DNA of 64,000 nucleotides, taken from the human T2T-CHM13v2.0 reference genome, Homo sapiens. The stretch lies in NCBI RefSeq assembly GCF_009914755.1, contig NC_060939.1; one strand, given 5' to 3'. Position numbers and translations under genes: made by a program. The notes under the pieces are model-generated. The model was not told the origin of the DNA and made no database searches. It worked only from the letters and a program-made list of their open reading frames with translations. Below are positions 13,503-27,938 of this stretch, in pieces; the first letter of the stretch is position 1; each line of letters opens with the position of its first letter.

Positions 13503-15312
13503 TTGAGTCCATTCAATTCCATTCCTTTCGTTTCCATTCCATTTGATGCCATTCCATTCAATTCTGTTCTACTCGACTCCAATACACTCAATTCCATTCC
13601 ATCCGATTCCATTACATTCTTTTCATTTCTTATCCATTTCAAGCCATTCCACTCCATTCCATTCCACTCGTTTCCTTTCCATTCGAGTCCATTCCTCTTA
13701 AAGTCCATTCCGTTCAATCCATTCCATTCCAGTCCATTCCATTCGAGTCCGTTCCATTCCAGTCCATTCCATTCGAGTCAATTCCATTCCATTCGATGTC
13801 TTTCCATAACGATCCATTCCATTCTATTCCTTTCGATTCCATTCCATTCTATTTCATTCCATTCGATTCCCTTCCATTGGACTCCTTTCCATTCGAGTGC
13901 ATTCCATTCCGTTCCATTTCTTTCCGTTCTGTACGATTCCTACCGTTCGATTTCATTTTGTTCCAGTCCATTCCTTTCGCGTCCATTCCATTCCATTTCA
14001 CTCCATTCGATTCCATTCCACTCGATTCCACTTCGTTCCATTTCATTGCATTCCATTCTATTCAACTCTATTGCCTTCCATTCCATTCCATTCGATTACA
14101 TTCCATGCGATTCCATTCGAAATCGAATCAATTACATTGCAAACCATTACTATTGAGTCCGTTTTATTCCAGTCCACTGCATTCTGGTCCATTCCATTTG
14201 ATTCCATTCCATTCTATTCCATTCCATACAGTTGCATTCCATTGGATTCCATGCTATATCTATAAATTCAATTCGAGACCATTGCTTTTGAGTCCATTCT
14301 ATATGATTCCATTCCATTCAAGTCCATTACATTTGGTTCAATTCCATTCCATTCGGTTCAATTCCATTCCATTCCATTCCCTTCCTTTCCATTCCAGTTG
14401 ATATCAATCCATTCGATTCCATTCCATTCGAGCACATTCCATTCGAGTCCATTCCATTCGATGCCATTCCATTTGATTCTATTCCATTAGTCTCCATTCA
14501 ATTCCATTAATCTCCATTCCATTCCATTCTACTCCAACTGATTCCATTCCATTCTATTCCTTTCCATTCCATTTCATTCCATTCCATTCTATTCCATTCC
14601 ATTCCATTCCATTCGTGTCCATTCCACTCCAGTCCATTCCATTCGTATCCATTCCATTCCAGTCCATTCCATTTGTGTCCACTGCATTCCATTCCACTCC
14701 ATTCCATATTATTCCATTACACTCCATTCCATTCTATTACTTTCATTTCCATTCAATTCCATTCCATTTGATTCCATTCCACTCGGTTTCATTCCATTTG
14801 AGTCCACTCCATTCCATTCCATTCCATTCAGTTCCATTCGATTCTGTTCCATTCCATTCCGTTCCGTTACATTCCATTCCATTCGGTACCATTCCATATT
14901 GTTCCATTCGATTCCATTCGAATCCATTCCATTCCAGTCCATTCCATTCGATTCCATTCCATTCATTTCAATTCCATTCCATTCCATTCCATTACATTCC
15001 ACTTGATTCCTCTCCATTCCCTTCCACTGCATTCCGTTCGATTCCATTCCATTGCATTGCATTCCATTCCATTGGATTGCATTCCATTCGATTCCATTCC
15101 ATTCGAATCAATTACATAGCAATCCATTACATTCGAGTCTATTCTCTTCCGTTCCATTCGATTTCGTTCCAATCCATTCGATTCCATTCCATTCGATTCC
15201 ATTCCATACTATTGCATTCCATTCGATTACATTATATTCGAATAAGTTCCATTCAAGACCATTTCTTTTGAGTCCATTCTATTTGAGTCCATTCCCTTTG
15301 ATTCCATAACAT
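13503..15312 (+). repeat. Recombinant B/A unit (1810 bp)
   Basis: B markers at ~13971 (+C) and 14141 (AAACC), A-type structure from ~14350 onward, and a private CC>TAA change at 13699-13701. Confidence 0.85.
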
Positions 15313-18300
15313 TTGAGTCCATTCAATTCCATTCCTTTCGTTTCCATTCCATTTGATGCCATTCCATTCAATTCTGTTCTACTCGACTCCAATACATTCA
15401 ATTCCATTCCATCCGATTCCATTACATTCTTTTCATTTCTTATCCATTTCAAGCCATTCCACTCCATTCCATTCCACTCGTTTCCTTTCCATTCGAGTCC
15501 ATTCCTCTCCAGTCCATTCCGTTCAATCCATTCCATTCCAGTCCATTCCATTCGAGTCCGTTCCATTCCAGTCCATTCCATTCGAGTCAATTCCATCCCA
15601 TTCGATGTCTTTCCATAACGATCCATTCCATTCTATTCCTTTCGATTCCATTCCATTCTATTTCATTCCATTCGATTCCCTTCCATTGGACTCCTTTCCA
15701 TTCGAGTGCATTCCATTCCGTTCCATTTCTTTCCGTTCTGTACGATTCCTACCGTTCGATTTCATTTTCTTCCAGTCCATTCTTTCGCGTCCATTCCATT
15801 CCATTTCACTCCGTTCGATTCCATTCCACTCAATTCCACTTCGTTCCATTTCATTGCATTCCATTCTATTCAACTCTATTGCCTTCCATTCCATTCCATT
15901 CGATTACATTCCATGCGATTCCATTCGAAATCGAATCAATTACATTGCAATCCATTACTATTGAGTCCGTTTTATTCCAGTCCACTGCATTCTGGTCCAT
16001 TCCATTTGATTCCATTCCATTCTATTCCATTCCATACAGTTGCATTCCATTGGATTCCATGCTATATCTATAAATTCAATTCGAGACCATTGCTTTTGAG
16101 TCCATTCTATATGATTCCATTCCATTCAAGTCCATTACATTTGGTTAAATTCCATTCCATTCGGTTCAATTCCATTCCATTCCATTCCCTTCCATTCCAT
16201 TCCAGTTGATATCAATCCATTCGATTCCATTCCATTCGAGCACATTCCATTCGAGTCCATTCCATTCGATGCCATTCCATTTGATTCTATTCCATTAGTC
16301 TCCATTCAATTCCATTAATCTCCATTCCATTCCATTCTACTCCAACTGATTCCATTCCATTCTATTCCTTTCCATTCCATTTCATTCCATTCCATTCCAT
16401 TCCATTCCATTCCATTCCATTCGTGTCCATTCCACTCCAGTCCATTCCATTCGTATCCATTCCATTCCAGTCCATTCCATTTGTGTCCACTGCATTCCAT
16501 TCCACTCCATTCCATATTATTCCATTACACTCCATTCCATTCTATTACTTTCATTTCCATTCAATTCCATTCCATTTGATTCCATTCCACTCGGTTTCAT
16601 TCCATTTGAGTCCACTCCATTCCATTCCATTCCATTCAGTTCCATTCCATTCTGTTCCATTCCATTCCGTTCCGTTACATTCCATTCCATTCGGTACCAT
16701 TCCATATTGTTCCATTCGATTCCATTCGAATCCATTCCATTCCAGTCCATTCCATTCGATTCCATTCCATTCATTTCAATTCCATTCCATTCCATTCCAT
16801 TCCATTCCACTTGATTCCTCTCCATTCCCTTCCACTGCATTCCGTTCGATTCCATTCCATTGCATTGCATTCCATTCCATTGGATTGCATTCCATTCGAT
16901 TCCATTCCATTCGAATCAATTACGTAGCAATCCATTACATTCGAGTCTATTCTCTTCCGTTCCATTCGATTTCGTTCCAATCCATTCGATTCCATTCCAT
17001 TCGATTCCATTCCATACTATTGCATTCCATTCGATTACATTATATTCGAATAAGTTCCATTCAAGACCATTTCTTTTGAGTCCATTCTATTTGAGTCCAT
17101 TCCCTTTGATTCCATAACATTTGAGTCCATTCAATTCCATTCCTTTCGTTTCCATTCCATTTGATGCCATTCCATTCAATTCTGTTCTACTCGACTCCAA
17201 TACATTCAATTCCATTCCATCCGATTCCATTACATTCTTTTCATTTCTTATCCATTTCAAGCCATTCCACTCCATTCCATTCCACTCGTTTCCTTTCCAT
17301 TCGAGTCCATTCCTCTCCAGTCCATTCCGTTCAATCCATTCCATTCCAGTCCATTCCATTCGAGTCCGTTCCATTCCAGTCCATTCCATTCGAGTCAATT
17401 CCATCCCATTCGATGTCTTTCCATAACGATCCATTCCATTCTATTCCTTTCGATTCCATTCCATTCTATTTCATTCCATTCGATTCCCTTCCATTGGACT
17501 CCTTTCCATTCGAGTGCATTCCATTCCGTTCCATTTCTTTCCGTTCTGTACGATTCCTACCGTTCGATTTCATTTTCTTCCAGTCCATTCTTTCGCGTCC
17601 ATTCCATTCCATTTCACTCCGTTCGATTCCATTCCACTCGATTCCACTTCGTTCCATTTCATTGCATTCCATTCTATTCAACTCTATTGCCTTCCATTCC
17701 ATTCCATTCGATTACATTCCATGCGATTCCATTCGAAATCGAATCAATTACATTGCAATCCATTACTATTGAGTCCGTTTTATTCCAGTCCACTGCATTC
17801 TGGTCCATTCCATTTGATTCCATTCCATTCTATTCCATTCCATACAGTTGCATTCCATTGGATTCCATGCTATATCTATAAATTCAATTCGAGACCATTG
17901 CTTTTGAGTCCATTCTATATGATTCCATTCCATTCAAGTCCATTACATTTGGTTAAATTCCATTCCATTCGGTTCAAATCCATTCCATTCCATTCCCTTC
18001 CATTCCATTCCAGTTGATATCAATCCATTCGATTCCATTCCATTCGAGCACATTCCATTCGAGTCCATTCCATTCGATGCCATTCCATTTGATTCTATTC
18101 CATTAGTCTCCATTCAATTCCATTAATCTCCATTCCATTCCATTCTACTCCAACTGATTCCATTCCATTCTATTCCTTTCCATTCCATTTCATTCCATTC
18201 CATTCCATTCCATTCCATTCGTGTCCATTCCACTCCAGTCCATTCCATTCGTATCCATTCCATTCCAGTCCATTCCATTTGTGTCCACTGCATTCCATTC

Positions 18301-21300
18301 CACTCCATTCCATATTATTCCATTACACTCCATTCCATTCTATTACTTTCATTTCCATTCAATTCCATTCCATTTGATTCCATTCCACTCGGTTTCATTC
18401 CATTTGAGTCCACTCCATTCCATTCCATTCCATTCAGTTCCATTCCATTCTGTTCCATTCCATTCCGTTCCGTTACATTCCATTCCATTCGGTACCATTC
18501 CATATTGTTCCATTCGATTCCATTCGAATCCATTCCATTCCAGTCCATTCCATTCGATTCCATTCCATTCATTTCAATTCCATTCCATTCCATTCCATTC
18601 CATTCCACTTGATTCCTCTCCATTCCCTTCCACTGCATTCCGTTCGATTCCATTCCATTGCATTGCATTCCATTCCATTGGATTGCATTCCATTCGATTC
18701 CATTCCATTCGAATCAATTACGTAGCAATCCATTACATTCGAGTGTATTCTCTTCCGTTCCATTCGATTTCGTTCCAATCCATTCGATTCCATTCCATTC
18801 GATTCCATTCCATACTATTGCATTCCATTCGATTACATTATATTCGAATAAGTTCCATTCAAGACCATTTCTTTTGAGTCCATTCTATTTGAGTCCATTC
18901 CCTTTGATTCCATAACATTTGAGTCCATTCAATTCCATTCCTTTCGTTTCCATTCCATTTGATGCCATTCCATTCAATTCTGTTCTACTCGACTCCAATA
19001 CATTCAATTCCATTCCATCCGATTCCATTACATTCTTTTCATTTCTTATCCATTTCAAGCCATTCCACTCCATTCCATTCCACTCGTTTCCTTTCCATTC
19101 GAGTCCATTCCTCTCCAGTCCATTCCGTTCAATCCATTCCATTCCAGTCCATTCCATTCGAGTCCGTTCCATTCCAGTCCATTCCATTCGAGTCAATTCC
19201 ATCCCATTCGATGTCTTTCCATAACGATCCATTCCATTCTATTCCTTTCGATTCCATTCCATTCTATTTCATTCCATTCGATTCCCTTCCATTGGACTCC
19301 TTTCCATTCGAGTGCATTCCATTCCGTTCCATTTCTTTCCGTTCTGTACGATTCCTACCGTTCGATTTCATTTTCTTCCAGTCCATTCTTTCGCGTCCAT
19401 TCCATTCCATTTCACTCCATTCGATTCCATTCCACTCGATTCCACTTCGTTCCATTTCATTGCATTCCATTCTATTCAACTCTATTGCCTTCCATTCCAT
19501 TCCATTCGATTACATTCCATGCGATTCCATTCGAAATCGAATCAATTACATTGCAATCCATTACTATTGAGTCCGTTTTATTCCAGTCCACTGCATTCTG
19601 GTCCATTCCATTTGATTCCATTCCATTCTATTCCATTCCATACAGTTGCATTCCATTGGATTCCATGCTATATCTATAAATTCAATTCGAGACCATTGCT
19701 TTTGAGTCCATTCTATATGATTCCATTCCATTCAAGTCCATTACATTTGGTTCAATTCCATTCCATTCGGTTCAATTCCATTCCATTCCATTCCCTTCCA
19801 TTCCATTCCAGTTGATATCAATCCATTCGATTCCATTCCATTCGAGCACATTCCATTCGAGTCCATTCCATTCGATGCCATTCCATTTGATTCTATTCCA
19901 TTAGTCTCCATTCAATTCCATTAATCTCCATTCCATTCCATTCTACTCCAACTGATTCCATTCCATTCTATTCCTTTCCATTCCATTTCATTCCATTCCA
20001 TTCCATTCCATTCCATTCCATTCCATTCCATTCGTGTCCATTCCACTCCAGTCCATTCCATTCGTATCCATTCCATTCCAGTCCATTCCATTTGTGTCCA
20101 CTGCATTCCATTCCACTCCATTCCATATTATTCCATTACACTCCATTCCATTCTATTACTTTCATTTCCATTCAATTCCATTCCATTTGATTCCATTCCA
20201 CTCGGTTTCATTCCATTTGAGTCCACTCCATTCCATTCCATTCCATTCAGTTCCATTCGATTCTGTTCCATTCCATTCCGTTCCGTTACATTCCATTCCA
20301 TTCGGTACCATTCCATATTGTTCCATTCGATTCCATTCGAATCCATTCCATTCCAGTCCATTCCATTCGATTCCATTCCATTCATTTCAATTCCATTCCA
20401 TTCCATTCCATTACATTCCACTTGATTCCTCTCCATTCCCTTCCACTGCATTCCGTTCGATTCCATTCCATTGCATTGCATTCCATTCCATTGGATTGCA
20501 TTCCATTCGATTCCATTCCATTCGAATCAATTACATAGCAATCCATTACATTCGAGTCTATTCTATTCCGTTCCATTCGATTTCGTTCCAATCCATTCGA
20601 TTCCATTCCATTCGATTCCATTCCATACTATTGCATTCCATTCGATTACATTATATTCGAATAAGTTCCATTCAAGACCATTTCTTTTGAGTCCGTTCTA
20701 TTTGAGTCCATTCCCTTTGATTCCATAACATTTGAGTCCATTCAATTCCATTCCTTTCGTTTCCATTCCATTTGATGCCATTCCATTCAATTCTGTTCTA
20801 CTCGACTCCAATACATTCAATTCCATTCCATCCGATTCCATTACATTCTTTTCATTTCTTATCCATTTCAAGCCATTCCACTCCATTCCATTCCACTCGT
20901 TTCCTTTCCATTCGAGTCCATTCCTCTCCAGTCCATTCCGTTCAATCCATTCCATTCCAGTCCATTCCATTCGAGTCCGTTCCATTCCAGTCCATTCCAT
21001 TCGAGTCAATTCCATCCCATTCGATGTCTTTCCATAACGATCCATTCCATTCTATTCCTTTCGATTCCATTCCATTCTATTTCATTCCATTCGATTCCCT
21101 TCCATTGGACTCCTTTCCATTCGAGTGCATTCCATTCCGTTCCATTTCTTTCCGTTCTGTACGATTCCTACCGTTCGATTTCATTTTGTTCCAGTCCATT
21201 CTTTCGCGTCCATTCCATTCCATTTCACTCCATTCGATTCCATTCCACTCGATTCCACTTCGTTCCATTTCATTGCATTCCATTCTATTCAACTCTATTG

Positions 21301-24300
21301 CCTTCCATTCCATTCCATTCGATTACATTCCATGCGATTCCATTCGAAATCGAATCAATTACATTGCAATCCATTACTATTGAGTCCGTTTTATTCCAGT
21401 CCACTGCATTCTGGTCCATTCCATTTGATTCCATTCCATTCTATTCCATTCCATAGAGTTGCATTCCATTGGATTCCATGCTATATCTATAAATTCAATT
21501 CGAGACCATTGCTTTTGAGTCCATTCTATATGATTCCATTCCATTCAAGTCCATTACATTTGGTTAAATTCCATTCCATTCGGTTCAATTCCATTCCATT
21601 CCATTCCCTTCCATTCCATTCCAGTTGATATCAATCCATTCGATTCCATTCCATTCGAGCACATTCCATTCGAGTCCATTCCATTCGATGCCATTCCATT
21701 TGATTCTATTCCATTAGTCTCCATTCAATTCCATTAATCTCCATTCCATTCCATTCTACTCCAACTGATTCCATTCCATTCTATTCCTTTCCATTCCATT
21801 TCATTCCATTCCATTCCATTCCATTCCATTCCATTCCATTCGTGTCCATTCCACTCCAGTCCATTCCATTCGTATCCATTCCATTCCAGTCCATTCCATT
21901 TGTGTCCACTGCATTCCATTCCACTCCATTCCATATTATTCCATTACACTCCATTCCATTCTATTACTTTCATTTCCATTCAATTCCATTCCATTTGATT
22001 CCATTCCACTCGGTTTCATTCCATTTGAGTCCACTCCATTCCATTCCATTCCATTCAGTTCCATTCGATTCTGTTCCATTCCATTCCGTTCCGTTACATT
22101 CCATTCCATTCGGTACCATTCCATATTGTTCCATTCGATTCCATTCGAATCCATTCCATTCCAGTCCATTCCATTCGATTCCATTCCATTCATTTCAATT
22201 CCATTCCATTCCATTCCATTACATTCCACTTGATTCCTCTCCATTCCCTTCCACTGCATTCCGTTCGATTCCATTCCATTGCATTGCATTCCATTCCATT
22301 GGATTGCATTCCATTCGATTCCATTCCATTCGAATCAATTACATAGCAATCCATTACATTCGAGTCTATTCTCTTCCGTTCCATTCGATTTCGTTCCAAT
22401 CCATTCGATTCCATTCCATTCGATTCCATTCCATACTATTGCATTCCATTCGATTACATTATATTCGAATAAGTTCCATTCAAGACCATTTCTTTTGAGT
22501 CCGTTCTATTTGAGTCCATTCCCTTTGATTCCATAACATTTGAGTCCATTCAATTCCATTCCTTTCGTTTCCATTCCATTTGATGCCATTCCATTCAATT
22601 CTGTTCTACTCGACTCCAATACATTCAATTCCATTCCATCCGATTCCATTACATTCTTTTCATTTCTTATCCATTTCAAGCCATTCCACTCCATTCCATT
22701 CCACTCGTTTCCTTTCCATTCGAGTCCATTCCTCTCCAGTCCATTCCGTTCAATCCATTCCATTCCAGTCCATTCCATTCGAGTCCGTTCCATTCCAGTC
22801 CATTCCATTCGAGTCAATTCCATCCCATTCGATGTCTTTCCATAACGATCCATTCCATTCTATTCCTTTCGATTCCATTCCATTCTATTTCATTCCATTC
22901 GATTCCCTTCCATTGGACTCCTTTCCATTCGAGTGCATTCCATTCCGTTCCATTTCTTTCCGTTCTGTACGATTCCTACCGTTCGATTTCATTTTCTTCC
23001 AGTCCATTCTTTCGCGTCCATTCCATTCCATTTCACTCCATTCGATTCCATTCCACTCGATTCCACTTCGTTCCATTTCATTGCATTCCATTCTATTCAA
23101 CTCTATTGCCTTCCATTCCATTCCATTCGATTACATTCCATGCGATTCCATTCGAAATCGAATCAATTACATTGCAATCCATTACTATTGAGTCCGTTTT
23201 ATTCCAGTCCACTGCATTCTGGTCCATTCCATTTGATTCCATTCCATTCTATTCCATTCCATACAGTTGCATTCCATTGGATTCCATGCTATATCTATAA
23301 ATTCAATTCGAGACCATTGCTTTTGAGTCCATTCTATATGATTCCATTCCATTCAAGTCGATTACATTTGGTTAAATTCCATTCCATTCGGTTCAATTCC
23401 ATTCCATTCCATTCCCTTCCATTCCATTCCAGTTGATATCAATCCATTCGATTCCATTCCATTCGAGCACATTCCATTCGAGTCCATTCCATTCGATGCC
23501 ATTCCATTTGATTCTATTCCATTAGTCTCCATTCAATTCCATTAATCTCCATTCCATTCCATTCTACTCCAACTGATTCCATTCCATTCTATTCCTTTCC
23601 ATTCCATTTCATTCCATTCCATTCCATTCCATTCCATTCCATTCGTGTCCATTCCACTCCAGTCCATTCCATTCGTATCCATTCCATTCCAGTCCATTCC
23701 ATTTGTGTCCACTGCATTCCATTCCACTCCATTCCATATTATTCCATTACACTCCATTCCATTCTATTACTTTCATTTCCATTCAATTCCATTCCATTTG
23801 ATTCCATTCCACTCGGTTTCATTCCATTTGAGTCCACTCCATTCCATTCCATTCCATTCAGTTCCATTCGATTCTGTTCCATTCCATTCCGTTCCGTTAC
23901 ATTCCATTCCATTCGGTACCATGCCATATTGTTCCATTCGATTCCATTCGAATCCATTCCATTCCAGTCCATTCCATTCGATTCCATTCCATTCATTTCA
24001 ATTCCATTCCATTCCATTCCATTACATTCCACTTGATTCCTCTCCATTCCCTTCCACTGCATTCCGTTCGATTCCATTCCATTGCATTGCATTCCATTCC
24101 ATTGGATTGCATTCCATTCGATTCCATTCCATTCGAATCAATTACATAGCAATCCATTACATTCGAGTCTATTCTCTTCCGTTCCATTCGATTTCGTTCC
24201 AATCCATTCGATTCCATTCCATTCGATTCCATTCCATACTATTGCATTCCATTCGATTACATTATATTCGAATAAGTTCCATTCAAGACCATTTCTTTTG

Positions 24301-27300
24301 AGTCCGTTCTATTTGAGTCCATTCCCTTTGATTCCATAACATTTGAGTCCATTCAATTCCATTCCTTTCGTTTCCATTCCATTTGATGCCATTCCATTCA
24401 ATTCTGTTCTACTCGACTCCAATACATTCAATTCCATTCCATCCGATTCCATTACATTCTTTTCATTTCTTATCCATTTCAAGCCATTCCACTCCATTCC
24501 ATTCCACTCGTTTCCTTTCCATTCGAGTCCATTCCTCTCCAGTCCATTCCGTTCAATCCATTCCATTCCAGTCCATTCCATTCGAGTCCGTTCCATTCCA
24601 GTCCATTCCATTCGAGTCAATTCCATTCCATTCGATGTCTTTCCATAACGATCCATTCCATTCTATTCCTTTCGATTCCATTCCATTCTATTTCATTCCA
24701 TTCGATTCCCTTCCATTGGACTCCTTTCCATTCGAGTGCATTCCATTCCGTTCCATTTCTTTCCGTTCTGTACGATTCCTACCGTTCGATTTCATTTTGT
24801 TCCAGTCCATTCTTTCGCGTCCATTCCATTCCATTTCACTCCATTCGATTCCATTCCACTCGATTCCACTTCGTTCCATTTCATTGCATTCCATTCTATT
24901 CAACTCTATTGCCTTCCATTCCATTCCATTCGATTACATTCCATGCGATTCCATTCGAAATCGAATCAATTACATTGCAATCCATTACTATTGAGTCCGT
25001 TTTATTCCAGTCCACTGCATTCTGGTCCATTCCATTTGATTCCATTCCATTCTATTCCATTCCATACAGTTGCATTCCATTGGATTCCATGCTATATCTA
25101 TAAATTCAATTCGAGACCATTGCTTTTGAGTCCATTCTATATGATTCCATTCCATTCAAGTCCATTACATTTGGTTAAATTCCATTCCATTCGGTTCAAT
25201 TCCATTCCATTCCATTCCCTTCCATTCCATTCCAGTTGATATCAATCCATTCGATTCCATTCCATTCGAGCACATTCCATTCGAGTCCATTCCATTCGAT
25301 GCCATTCCATTTGATTCTATTCCATTAGTCTCCATTCAATTCCATTAATCTCCATTCCATTCCATTCTACTCCAACTGATTCCATTCCATTCTATTCCTT
25401 TCCATTCCATTTCATTCCATTCCATTCCATTCCATTCCATTCCATTCGTGTCCATTCCACTCCAGTCCATTCCATTCGTATCCATTCCATTCCAGTCCAT
25501 TCCATTTGTGTCCACTGCATTCCATTCCACTCCATTCCATATTATTCCATTACACTCCATTCCATTCTATTACTTTCATTTCCATTCAATTCCATTCCAT
25601 TTGATTCCATTCCACTCGGTTTCATTCCATTTGAGTCCACTCCATTCCATTCCATTCCATTCAGTTCCATTCCATTCTGTTCCATTCCATTCCGTTCCGT
25701 TACATTCCATTCCATTCGGTACCATTCCATATTGTTCCATTCGATTCCATTCGAATCCATTCCATTCCAGTCCATTCCATTCGATTCCATTCCATTCATT
25801 TCAATTCCATTCCATTCCATTCCATTCCATTCCACTTGATTCCTCTCCATTCCCTTCCACTGCATTCCGTTCGATTCCATTCCATTGCATTGCATTCCAT
25901 TCCATTGGATTGCATTCCATTCGATTCCATTCCATTCGAATCAATTACATAGCAATCCATTACATTCGAGTCTATTCTCTTCCGTTCCATTCGATTTCGT
26001 TCCAATCCATTCGATTCCATTCCATTCGATTCCATTCCATACTATTGCATTCCATTCGATTACATTGTATTCGAATAAGTTCCATTCAAGACCATTTCTT
26101 TTGAGTCCATTCTATTTGAGTCCATTCCCTTTGATTCCATAACATTTGAGTCCATTCAATTCCATTCCTTTCGTTTCCATTCCATTTGATGCCATTCCAT
26201 TCAATTCTGTTCTACTCGACTCCAATACATTCAATTCCATTCCATCCGATTCCATTACATTCTTTTCATTTCTTATCCATTTCAAGCCATTCCACTCCAT
26301 TCCATTCCACTCGTTTCCTTTCCATTCGAGTCCATTCCTCTCCAGTCCATTCCGTTCAATCCATTCCATTCCAGTCCATTCCATTCGAGTCCGTTCCATT
26401 CCAGTCCATTCCATTCGAGTCAATTCCATTCCATTCGATGTCTTTCCATAACGATCCATTCCATTCTATTCCTTTCGATTCCATTCCATTCTATTTCATT
26501 TCATTCGATTCCCTTCCATTGGACTCCTTTCCATTCGAGTGCATTCCATTCCGTTCCATTTCTTTCCGTTCTGTACGATTCCTACCGTTCGATTTCATTT
26601 TGTTCCAGTCCATTCTTTCGCGTCCATTCCATTCCATTTCACTCCATTCGATTCCATTCCACTCGATTCCACTTCGTTCCATTTCATTGCATTCCATTCT
26701 ATTCAACTCTATTGCCTTCCATTCCATTCCATTCGATTACATTCCATGCGATTCCATTCGAAATCGAATCAATTACATTGCAATCCATTACTATTGAGTC
26801 CGTTTTATTCCAGTCCACTGCATTCTGGTCCATTCCATTTGATTCCATTCCATTCTATTCCATTCCATACAGTTGCATTCCATTGGATTCCATGCTATAT
26901 CTATAAATTCAATTCGAGACCATTGCTTTTGAGTCCATTCTATATGATTCCATTCCATTCAAGTCCATTACATTTGGTTAAATTCCATTCCATTCGGTTC
27001 AATTCCATTCCATTCCATTCCCTTCCATTCCATTCCAGTTGATATCAATCCATTCGATTCCATTCCATTCGAGCACATTCCATTCGAGTCCATTCCATTC
27101 GATGCCATTCCATTTGATTCTATTCCATTAGTCTCCATTCAATTCCATTAATCTCCATTCCATTCCATTCTACTCCAACTGATTCCATTCCATTCTATTC
27201 CTTTTTATTCCATTTCATTCCATTCCATTCCATTCCATTCGTGTCCATTCCACTCCAGTCCATTCCATTCGTATCCATTCCATTCCAGTCCATTCCATTT

Positions 27301-27938
27301 GTGTCCACTGCATTCCATTCAACTCCATTCCATATTATTCCATTACACTCCATTCCATTCTATTACTTTCATTTCCATTCAATTCCATTCCATTTGATTC
27401 CATTCCACTCGGTTTCATTCCATTTGAGTCCACTCCATTCCATTCCATTCCATTCAGTTCCATTCCATTCTGTTCCATTCCATTCCGTTCCATTACATTC
27501 CATTCCATTCGGTACCATTCCATATTGTTCCATTCGATTCCATTCGAATCCATTCCATTCCAGTCCATTCCATTCGATTCCATTCCATTCATTTCAATTC
27601 CATTCCATTCCATTCCATTACATTCCACTTGATTCCTCTCCATTCCCTTCCACTGCATTCCGTTCGATTCCATTCCATTGCATTGCATTCCATTCCATTG
27701 GATTGCATTCCATTCGATTCCATTCCATTCGAATCAATTACATAGCAATCCATTACATTCGAGTCTATTCTCTTCCGTTCCATTCGATTTCGTTCCAATC
27801 CATTCGATTCCATTCCATTCGATTCCATTCCATACTATTGCATTCCATTCGATTACATTATATTCGAATAAGTTCCATTCAAGACCATTTCTTTTGAGTC
27901 CATTCTATTTGAGTCCATTCCCTTTGATTCCATAACAT

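Noticed and set aside
13694-13706. TTAAAG as an L1 endonuclease or piggyBac target scar
   Set aside because: There is no inserted element, poly(A) tract or target-site duplication. It is only a 2-to-3 bp complex substitution.
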